Both the position numbers and the translations under genes were made by a program. Of a stretch of 17,985 nucleotides of DNA, positions 8,154 to 17,066 are shown piece by piece; position 1 is the first letter of the stretch; every line of letters begins with the position of its first letter. The notes beneath the pieces are model-generated. The model saw only the letters and a program-made list of their open reading frames with translations. It ran no database searches and was not told the origin of the DNA. This DNA is from Fonticula alba ATCC 38817 (Eukaryota; Protista; Nucleariida), in assembly GCA_000388065.2 (NCBI GenBank), contig KB932207.1; one strand, 5' to 3'.

Positions 8154-10511
8154 GCCCCCCCATGCTCGTGGGGTTCGTCGGCCAGCGCACGAGCCGACGT
8201 GCCCTGCCCCGGAGGGGGCAAGCGCCGGACCGGGGCCCGAGCATACCGCCGGGCCTGGAAGAAGGACAGGGCCTCGGGGCCGGCGCGCGTGGACGACCGG
8301 TCGGCCGGCAGGGCCAGCGAATTCCGACCCAGGGCCGACCGGCGGAAGGCCCGCGCCCGGATGATGACCGTGCGCGGCTGCAGCCGGAGCCCGGTCAGCC
8401 CGGCCGAGTAGAGCGGGCTGGTGGAGGTGGGCTCCGACCCGTCGATGGTGTAGCGGATTTCGATGTCCCCGCCATCGTCATCCTCCATGCCGGGGCCGGG
8501 GATGAAGACCGGGCCGCCGCCGGTCGGAGCGCCGGGCTCCCGGCCGAAGGCCGCCGGGCCGTAAAACAGCGCCCGGTGGGGATAGGTCGAGCTGCCGGGC
8601 GAGTCGACGTCCGGCTCGGCGTCCAGGGCCATGACCACGCGCAGGTCCCGGATGCCGGAGGCAAAGCACGTCCCGGCCACGAAGGTGGTGGAGGTGGTCG
8701 GCTGCAGGGTCTCCTCGCCGGGGTAGTCGGCCTGCCGGTCGGCCGGCATGCGGCTCCGGCCGAGATGCCAGTCGCCGCTGAGCCACACCCGCACCCGGGG
8801 CAGCGGGGTCAGCACCCCGCGCAGGGCCTCGACAGTGGTCGGCTGCAGCAGGACCTCGGCGTCCCACAGGTGGGCCATTTGCCCCAGCCACAGGGGATTG
8901 CGCCGGTCCCGGATGAAGGGCGGCTGCGGGCAGCCCAGCACCAGGCCCGTCCAGTCGGCCGACCGGTCGTCCGCGCTCCAGATGGGCTGCAGGGTGTTGG
9001 TGGCTCGGCGGTCGCGCTGCAGCGCCTCCGGCCAGGGGTTGGGGTCGGTGCCGGGCCCGGACCCGGCGGCGGGGGCCTTCTTCCGGCCACCGCCGCCGCC
9101 GCCGCCGCCGGTGGACCCGGCCGGCGGCCCGGCCGGTTCCAGCACCCGGGTCGAGGTGCCGCCGGTGTCGGCCACCCGTCGCGGCTCCTGGGTCAGCTCC
9201 AGCAGCTCGGCCCGCGACAGGGCGGCCCCCCGGCGCGTGAGCAGGCACGCCTCGGCCCGCAACTTCAGCCGGCCATCCACCAGGCTGTGGTGGCATGCGG
9301 CATCGAAGCGAGCCCGGCCGTAGCTGGCATTCGGGTCCAGCCGCAGGAGGGCTTCACGATTGTCGGCCAGCGACAGGACCGCCCGGTGCCCGGACAGGCG
9401 ATCGTGCAGCGTCAGCAAGTGCGACCCGAGCAGCGAGGCGGTCGGCCCGGCGGCCGGGCCCTCGGCCCCCGGCAGCTGGGGGAAGAACTCCATCAGGAAG
9501 CGCGCGCTGTCCACCCGCCGGGCCTGCTCGTAGGCCCGGTGGTCGCCGGCATGCGACCAGGCCCGGACGAATTCCGCATCGCGCTTGGCCAGCGTGGCCA
9601 CCGGCCGGGTGATGAGCCCATGCGACACGGACAGCAGCTGGGCCCGCGTGCCGAAGTCCAGCAGCTGGCGCACCCGGCCGCGGAAGCCCCGGCGGATGTC
9701 CTCCGACCGGAAGGTCCGGTGCAGGTGCGTGCGGGCCCCATCGCGCGGGGTGTACACCGACACCACCTGGCAGAGGGTCATCTCGGCGGCCTCCAGCCCG
9801 GGGGTGGTGTACCCGGCGGCGCCGCCCTTCGGCGGCAGGACAAACCCCAGCCGCAGGCGATAGGACATGTACCGGGTGCGAGCCCACCGCCGGGGGGCCG
9901 ACCGGGACATCAGCATCGACGAGGGAGCGCCCTCGGTGATGGGCGTCTCCTCGACCACCATCATGGAGATGGGCTGCGTGGTGAACACCCGGACGCTGTG
10001 GCCGGCCATGCCCGGGGCGTCGAACGACACGATGACCTCATTGGGGCCGAAGCGCCGGACGCGCCACTCGGCCGCCATGCGGCTCGGGTCGCCATCCGGC
10101 ACATCCTCATACCCGGTGTCGTAGGCCGGCAGGCGCTTGTACACGCGCTGCCGCGGCAGCCCGGCATCCGGCGCGTCGATGTACATGTCGTCCCACTCGT
10201 GGAAGAGACACAGGCTGTCCAGCACCCACTCGTACACGCGGGTCAGGCCGCCGCCGGGTGGCTGGCGCTCGTCCGGCCCGAGGACCCCCTGGCCAATGCG
10301 GTCGACCACGACAAAGGCGCCGGAGCTGCCGCCGCCCACCCGGCCGCCGGCCGTCGGGTCGACATTGGACTCCTGGCCGAAGTCCTTCAGGAAGAACACC
10401 TGCCGGGTGTGGGACAAATCGCGCATGATGTTGTCCTCGGACACGCGCGGCGGGGTGTCCGGCATCGGCCGGATCTGGGGCTCCGACGGGGGGATGACCT
10501 CGGGGCTGGCC

Positions 10512-10555
<44 letters not shown>

Positions 10556-13500
10556 CGGCGGCGGCCCGGCGCCCGGGTGCGCATGGCGCCGGGACCGGAC
10601 CCCGGCGGGGGGCCCCTGCCCGGCCGGCCCCATGCCGGTCGGAGTGGCCAGGATGCGCGCGGCCCCGGTCTCCACCCGCCGGCCCAGCAGCTGGTAGAGG
10701 CTGGTGCTGTCGGCCCCGCGGCCCGAGTGGCCGAAGCCGATCTCGTAGGAATTGCGCGAGGACAGGAAGTTCAGCGTGACCGGGGTCCAGGGGGACCCCC
10801 GGCGCCAGGCGCACTCGGCCAGCTCCACGCCGGCGGTGGCGTGCGGGGCCGCGTGCCAGCGCATGTCCCGGGCACAGCTCGGCAAGCTGCCCAGGGCCGA
10901 CACCAAAGCCACGGTCTTCCCGCCGGGCGTGAGCGACCGCATGGCCAGATGCCGCTCCGGCATGAAGGTCGGCCGGCGCAGCATGTCCGGCGTCACCACC
11001 GACCCCGGGGCAATCTCCGGCATGTTGGGGGTGCTTTGGATTTGGCGAATGCGCGGGCCCATGAGGATGATGGCCGGCCGGCCGCGCAGGTGCACCATGA
11101 ACATGTGCTCGTCCACGCGCTCGCCATTGGTGCTGGCCCGCGGCCGGCCGATCAGCGAGGCGAAGGTGAAGTCCCGCTGGGGGTCCCAATCGCCGACGAT
11201 GTTGTCCTCATTGTCCATGATGACGTCGGTCGGCGGGGGGACCGTGGACCCGGGGTCCGAGTCGTCCGTCAGCCGGCCGGCCCCCCCTCCGGGGGTGGCG
11301 GCCTCCTTGCGGGCCGCCTTCCCCCCGGACGACTTGGGCTGCTGGACCTCGTGCGTCGGCCGGGGGTAGTCCTCGGACCCCGGGCCGGAGGTCGGCAGCC
11401 ACCGGTCCCGGAAGAGGAACTCCCCGGCATACGGGGCCGCGTCCGACAGGAAGTGGTCATTCAGCGCGCGGTCCAGATCGCGGCCGCTCTCGGCCACCGG
11501 CAGCCAGCCGTCAATCTTCCACGGGGGGGTCGTGCCGATGACGGCCTTCATCGAGGGGCCGAGATCGGCTTGCGGGTCCCTGCCCTTGTTAGAGCGGACT
11601 GGCTCCGGCAGGCGCCGGCGCGCCTCGGCATCCTGGAAGTCCAGCGGCAGCAGGTGCATGTGCAATCTGCCGACCACGCTCCGGGCCACGGCCTTCTCCG
11701 GGAATTGGCGGAAAACCTCCGGCGTGGTGCTCAGCGCACAGCCCAGGGCCATGGGGATCGGGTCGGCCAGTGTCGAGCCCAGGGGGACCGGGTACCGGAC
11801 GGGCAGGTTGTTCTTCAGATCCTCCTCCTCCGGGTCCACCGGGGGGGTGTCGTCATCGCCATCGCCCGGGTCCGGGGTCTCGGGGTCGGTGCCGGGATTC
11901 GGCCCCTCGGGCTCGGTCTCGCCGCCGCCATCTCCTTGACCGGGGTCGGTGCCGGGGTCGGTGCCGGGGTCAGGCTTGGTGCCGGGGTCGGTGCCGGGGT
12001 CAGGCTTGGTGCCGGGGTCGGTGCCGGGGTCAGGCTTGGTGCCGGGATCGAGTTCACCGCCGGAATCGGGCTTGGTGCCCGGATCGGGATCGGGCTCAGG
12101 CACAGTGCCAGGATCGGGCCCCGGATCGGGCTCAGGCACAGTGCCAGGATCAGGACCGGGATCAGGACTGGGATCAGGACCGGGATCAGGACCGGGATCA
12201 GGACCGGGATCAGGTCCCGGATCAGGACCCGGATCAGGTCCCGGATCAGGTCCCGGGCCCGGACTCGGCTGCTCGGGCTCAGTGTCCCCACCAGTATCGA
12301 CGTCGCCTCCGCCGGTGCCCGGCTCGAGCCCGGGCTCGGTGTTCTTCTTCTTGCGCTCCTTGCGGCCCTCGTTGCCGGTTTCCGGCTCCAGGACCTCGGG
12401 GAGGGGATTGATCTTTTTGCGGACCTTGTCCGGGTTGCGAGTCTTCTTGCCGGTCAGCGCCTGGACCTCGTCCGCGGCCGAGGACAGCCCCCCGGCCGCG
12501 TCCGCCATGGCCAGGGCGCCGACCGTGCCGGTTGCTGGCGGCCGGGCACCCAGGAAGCCGAGCATGCGCTGAACCAGGGCCGGCGGCGCGCCGGTGGTGG
12601 CCGGTGGCGGGGGACACGCGCGGTTCCGCCGCGGCACGCCCGGCCCCACAGCCGTCAAGGCAGCCGGCACACCCAGCCCGGCGGGGTCCTCACCATCGAG
12701 CAGCATGCCCCGGCGAATGCCCCGCCCCCCGGCCGCGGCCGCGGCCGCTGCCTCATGGTAGCCGAGGAGCTCGCGATCGCGCTGGCGCCGGAGCCTCGGG
12801 CACATCCACCGGGAGCTGGCGCGCCGGGGCTCCCGGGAGGCCCCGCCGGCCGAGGCCTCGGCCACCGCGGGCGCCAGCACACAGGCGGCCGCCTCGTGGC
12901 CCTGCTCATCCGGCAGGACGGTCAGGCGCCCCTCGCCGGTCCACTCCTCCCGGGCCAGGTGCTCGGGGGCCGGGTCTTCGTCGGTGGTGTGCTGGTCGTG
13001 GCCCGGGGCCGGGTCCGCCGGGAGGACATGCTCCCGGACCCAGCGCCGATACTCCGGATTCAGCTCCAGCCACACGCGGGCCTCCTCCAGGAGCTCCTGC
13101 GTGACGCGCACATAGTCCGGCCGCTTGAGGCTGTACGGCGAGACGATGGTCTGCGGGACCAGGTAGTAGCGCTGGCGCCACTCGACCTCGCGGGCGATGC
13201 CCTCGCGCCCGGGGCGGGGCATGTCGGCAATCATGTTGCGCAGGTCCACGCATATTTGCTGCACCGACAGCAGCACCGTGGCATCCACATGGGGGCCCCC
13301 GACGCCGGGACCGCCGCCGGCGTCGGCGAAGCACACCTCGCCGATGAAGGCCGAGTGCAGGCAGCGCGCCTGGCCGCTGGTGTTGCCGGCCCGGTGGCTG
13401 AAGCCATCCTGCTTGATGCGCCGAAGCAGGGAGCTGGTGTAGGCCAGCCGGCGGATGGACTCCACCTGGAGCCAGGCCGGCGCCGCGGCGCCGCGCTGCT

Positions 13501-15262
13501 GCGGATCCAACGGCCCGTCGGCCGTCACGCCGCCCAGGTCATCGCCCTCGTACAGGTCGTCCACCGGCTCGCCGGCGCCGAACCCATGGGGCACGGCCGC
13601 CGGCGGGGCGTCCGCAATGCCGATGGGCCCGGCGTCGGCGGCCGTGATGCGTGCCAGCTGGCCGGCCCCGGCGGCCTGGGCCTCCGGCTGCGGGGGGTAT
13701 GGCCGCTGCCGGGGCGGCCGGATGAAGCTGGCATCCCGGCCACAGGGACACCAGAAGGTGCACCGGCGGCCATCATCCCCAAAGGGACACACCTTCGGCG
13801 GGGGCTCCGGGGCCGTGGGCCACGGGTCCCCCTCGGCCGGCGTGGCATCGGCCCGGGCCGCGGCGGCCCCCTGCCCGGGCACCACCACCCTCGGCAGCCG
13901 GTCGCCGGCGGCATGGTCCTGCGTGCCGATGAGGAAGTCCCGCGGGGGCCGGACAAACCACCCGACCAGGGCCGGGTGGCTCAGGGAAAAGAGCCACAAC
14001 CGGCGAATGAGATTCCCCAGGTACAGGTTGTCCATGGCCTCGTGGGCATGGTCATTCCACTCGAGCGGGGCGCCGTCCAAATTCAGCCGGCCCGTGGTCC
14101 AGAGGGCCATCCAGTGGCGGCGGGCTTCGCGAATGGCCCAGCGCCCGATGCGCAGCTCGTCGAACATCAGCCCGACCATGGTCAGCGAGGCCAGGGCCGC
14201 GGACCGGTGGTTGGCGGCCGTCTGGCGCATTTGCATGACCGTCACGCCGACCAGCTCCTCCAGGGCCGTGATCATGGCCAGGGTCAGGGCCTCGGCCGGC
14301 AGCTGGGCCTCCGGCTCCGGCCGGACGGCCGCAATGCGCGTCAGCTCCCCGAGGAAGCCCAGCAGCATGCTCAGGGTGCAGGTGATGAAGTAGAACCGCG
14401 GGTTGGTGGCCGTCCGGGTGGCCTGGGCCGGCATGCGGGTGGCCCAGTCGACCGTGATGTCGGCCCATGCCTGGAGCAGGGCCCGGTCGGCGGCCGCCTG
14501 GCCACCGAGCACCCCGGACAGGGCCTTGGTCTCGTAGGCCCGGAGCAGCGGCCCGGCCGCGTAATTCAGCGTCACCACCGCCCGCGAGAAGGCCATGTCC
14601 TCCTCGGCGCTGGGCACGCTGGAGGGGACGGTGTTGGCCGGGGGCTGGACCCCGGCCGACCCGGCCAGCGGCACGGCGCACCAGTTCCACCGGCCGCGCG
14701 GGCCCATGCGCGCGCGAGTCACCCCGCCGATTTTCCGCGCTGCCCGGTCGGCTCCCGGCTGGGCCAGCCCCCCATGGTCGCAAGTGACCACGTCATCCTG
14801 CAGCAGGCGCAGCACATCGCGCCGGATGCATGAGGCCACCTCGCTGGCCCAGCGGGCCTGGTTCAGGATCCACAATGGCTCGGGCTCATCCTCGCGTGGC
14901 CACCGGGCTGGCGGGTCGTCCACCGACGGCTCCGGCGTGGTGGTGGGCGGCTCGGTCGGCGTCGGCACGGTGCTGGTGGGGGGCGGCTGGATGGGGGCGG
15001 TCGGCCCGCCCGGGGGGGTGCTGCCGGCCGGCAGCGGCGGCGCATGGCTCCCATCATACCGGAAGGGCAGCTGGTGGTAGTTGAAGTTGTTGCGCAGCCG
15101 GCGGAAGATCAGGTCCCGGAAGGTAGTGGCTGCCAGGGCCGGGTCCCCGGAGGCCAGGGACTGGTGCAGCAGGCGGATCTGCGGGCTGGCGTTGGGCCGC
15201 GGCGGGGCCACCGCCGCACGCAGCCGGTCCGCCGTGAACTGGCCCAGCTTCTCCGGGTCCAT
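5954..15262 (-). CDS. Giant (3102 aa from M-DPEKL) heparinase II/III-like protein with Fn3-associated (CHB_HEX_C_1) and PA14 domains; probably catalytically degenerate
   Basis: 9309-nt stop-free frame with strong GC3 bias and many globular-looking segments. Recognisable motifs are listed in the domain features below. The ATG at 15262 directly follows a CAG acceptor with a CTGAC branch, so the 54-aa extension in the ORF track is probably intronic. Confidence 0.85.
5998..6870 (-). other. PA14-like carbohydrate-binding domain interrupted by low-complexity insertions
   Basis: YVMDGMLAIPQAGLYTF...IRLWL...GWGSWTVGLARGWHRLRVAYMDG...ILMSGPGLDGVTPIPRAWL follows the PA14 order W.G.L.VP..G.YTF...RLW(I/L)...G.V.L..G.H.I.V.Y....L.WSGPG.....IP...L. 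Confidence 0.75.
8345..8467 (-). other. Fn3-associated / chitobiase-beta-hexosaminidase C-terminal (CHB_HEX_C_1) domain
   Basis: DIEIRYTIDGSEPTSTSPLYSAGLTGLRLQPRTVIIRARAF matches the hallmark IRYT(L/T)DGSEPT..S..Y..P.......T.(V/I)KARAF. Confidence 0.9.
9740..11435 (-). other. Heparinase II/III C-terminal beta-sandwich-like domain
   Basis: PYAGEFLFRDRW resembles FPYAGYYVMRSGW. WDPQRDFTF...GERVDEHMFMVHLRGRPAIILMG resembles WD....YL.F..GP...H.H.D..SF.L...GR.LLVD.G. AFVVVDRI...VYEWVLDS resembles Y.VVVD.....H.YEW.LH. Boundaries are approximate. Confidence 0.65.
11941..12254 (-). repeat. Coding tandem repeats giving a Pro/Gly/Asp/Thr linker: 9 x 12 bp (GPDP-type; 12147-12254) and 3 x 30 bp (DPGTKPDPGT-type; 11961-12050)
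   Basis: Units GGATCAGGACCG (with variants) and GTGCCGGGGTCAGGCTTGGTGCCGGGGTCG, read directly; both unit lengths are multiples of 3. Confidence 0.92.
14042..15175 (-). other. Heparinase II/III N-terminal (alpha/alpha toroid)-like domain
   Basis: TLNYAAGPLLRAY...LQAWADITVDWATRMP resembles the family pattern LNR...L..AY..TGD..Y...W.....DW...NP. NHRSAALASLTMVGLMFDELRIGRWAIREARRHW...LNLDGAPLEWNDHAH resembles NH.......L...G..FPEF.....W...A........Q..PDG...E....YH. Patterns recalled from memory; no HMM was run. Confidence 0.7.
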
Positions 15263-15264
15263 GG

Positions 15265-15304
15265 CTGGGGCGCGGGCCCGGGGGGGGCAGGCAGTGCGTG
15301 TCAG
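15265..15304 (-). other. 3' end of a putative intron immediately upstream of the giant ORF (branch CTGAC 15304-15300, acceptor CAG 15267-15265)
   Basis: Minus strand reads C38-GCCTCCCTCGCCA-CTGAC-ACGCACTGCCTGCCCCCCCCGGGCCCGCGCCC-CAG|CC-ATG. This is the same signal set as the five ANKZF1 introns. The donor is not resolved. Confidence 0.6.
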
Positions 15305-15316
15305 TGGCGAGGGAGG

Positions 15317-15317
<1 letters not shown>

Positions 15318-15355
<38 letters not shown>
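15318..15355. repeat. G38 homopolymer
   Basis: 38 consecutive G, counted. Confidence 0.95.
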
Positions 15356-15624
15356 CTTCGTGTTCCGGCTGTTTGCCGGGCTCCGGGCATATGCGCTTTC
15401 CCCCGCCCCCGTGTGCGTGCGCATGTCCCTCGCCCACCTTCTCCGGCGCCCTCACTCGCCTTCCTCCATCCTTCCCGTGCACTCTTCTCGCATCAGTGGG
15501 TCTTTCTCCTGCCTGCTCAAATCGATGGGCAGGGAGAGGGCGCGTGGATGCTGAATGGTCCCTTGCTTTCGGGCGTGGCCAGGCGTGCCAGCACACCGGG
15601 ACGCGCTCGCGCGCAAGCGAACAG

Positions 15625-15666
15625 ACAGCCGCACAAGCATCGACAGCCGCACAGGGATCGACAGCC
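15625..15666. repeat. Degenerate 18-bp tandem repeat (about 2.3 copies)
   Basis: ACAGCCGCACAAGCATCG / ACAGCCGCACAGGGATCG / ACAGCC. Confidence 0.8.
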
Positions 15667-16059
15667 ACCAACGGCCATAGACAGGCGCGGACACCGGGCC
15701 CCGGGCGATCTTGGCCGGGGTCCGCTGGTCCAGGCACCAACCCATTACCCACAAGTAGTTTGTTTGACCCGGATTCATGCGTACTCGGTGGTCCGAAAAG
15801 GCGGGCGCCCGGTCGAGCAACGACTTCGAGTCTTCGCCGGGGTGGGACAGCGGCAGGGCCAAAGGCACAGGGTCACAAGGCAGCAGGCGAGCAAATGCAA
15901 AGGACAATGGAGGCGGGGAAAGGGGAGGCGGTGGGAGGGAGTTGGACTGGCGCACGGCAAGGCGGACCGGCACCCAGGGACTGCCTATTATAGTGGTGGT
16001 GCCCCCCCCCCCCCTCTTCCCCGCTCCTTGCCCTGCATCGCCGGGGTCCTGCCAGCACG

Positions 16060-16107
16060 CGTTTGCTCACGGGCGCGTTTGCTCACCGGCACGTTTGCTC
16101 ACAGGCA
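16060..16107. repeat. 3 x 16-bp tandem repeat CGTTTGCTCACNGGCR
   Basis: CGTTTGCTCACGGGCG / CGTTTGCTCACCGGCA / CGTTTGCTCACAGGCA, then a partial CGTT. Confidence 0.9.
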
Positions 16108-16395
16108 CGTTGGCCGCCAGAGCGGTCAGGCCGCCGCCCCAGACGCGGCGCAGAGGCACGACAAGGCGACGCACGCGGGCGGCAGCCCTCCCCCGCCCCC
16201 GCTCCCGCCCCATGCCTTGGGCTTCCTCGCGGCCGGACGACCGCCCGACACCGGCCGGCGCTGGCATGCCTGGCAGGCGCGCCAAGGCCGTGGCATCCCA
16301 ACGAATGATATTGCCCATGGGCGCCAGCGCCGCTCATCAAGCCCCCTCGCGCCCCCCCCCCCTCCTTTTGAGCGTCCGAGGCTGGGGCGAAGCCG

Positions 16396-16576
16396 NNNNN
16401 NNNNNNNNNNNNNNNNNNNNNNNNNNNNNNNNNNNNNNNNNNNNNNNNNNNNNNNNNNNNNNNNNNNNNNNNNNNNNNNNNNNNNNNNNNNNNNNNNNNN
16501 NNNNNNNNNNNNNNNNNNNNNNNNNNNNNNNNNNNNNNNNNNNNNNNNNNNNNNNNNNNNNNNNNNNNNNNNNNNN
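16396..16576. other. Assembly gap (181 N)
   Basis: Run of N. Confidence 0.99.
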
Positions 16577-17066
16577 CCCCCCCCGCGGGAGACAAGGCAT
16601 TGCGCAGGTGCGCCCGACGGTTTAGGCTGGCCTACGCCCAGGGCTTCTCCTTCTCCGCCCCCGGCCTTTGTCTCGCACGCCAAAGGGGTCGAAGGCAAGC
16701 TGGCCGGAATGAGCCGCGCGAGTGGCCCCGGCGAAGCTCGCCTCCGGGGCCCGGAGCCTGGCTGGGCAAAATCCCCCGCCATCGTCCCGAGACTTAATCG
16801 TCCCCAAGCAGAAGAGCAAGTGCCGCGCAGGCTGGCGACCGCGCCGGGACAACACCCAAATGCACCCCCTCGGGTAGCAGGAGGGCGGCCAAGGGAGGCG
16901 GCAGGGGGGTCGGGGAGGAGGAGCCGAGACATTCCGCGTGAGAGCGCAGCAGAGAGCGAGCGAAGGAGCCGCCATAGGCCAAGCGCCCCGGCCGGTCGGG
17001 GGGAAGGCAAGACACAGCCCGCGGGCCAGGAGAGGTGGCGCCGTTCGGGCGAATCCTTGGCGCTTC

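Noticed and set aside
11941-12254. CRISPR-like array
   Set aside because: There are no unique spacers, the units are in-frame multiples of 3 inside a CDS, and the context is eukaryotic. The 16-bp array at 16060 also lacks spacers.
13040-13090. LEEARVWLELNPEY resembling the 'AL.WL...NP.Y' motif of Helitron-associated proteins
   Set aside because: It is a short isolated resemblance. No HUH/Rep or PIF1 helicase motifs occur anywhere in the ORF, and the segment fits within the lyase-like architecture.
7643-14833. 2396-aa plus-strand ORF antisense to the giant gene
   Set aside because: It is exactly in codon register with the minus-strand gene (offset 1689 nt, a multiple of 3). It stays open because that gene avoids TTA/CTA/TCA codons. 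The product is Arg/Gly/Pro-rich with no motifs, so it is a shadow ORF.
5811-15355. C38/G38 as terminal inverted repeats of a transposon carrying the giant gene
   Set aside because: Complementarity barely extends beyond the homopolymers, there is no target-site duplication, and no transposase motif is present.
15263-15424. 54-aa N-terminal extension (MRTHT...PPPPPPPP) of the 3156-aa ORF call
   Set aside because: It includes the C38 homopolymer, branch point and acceptor, so it is most likely intronic.
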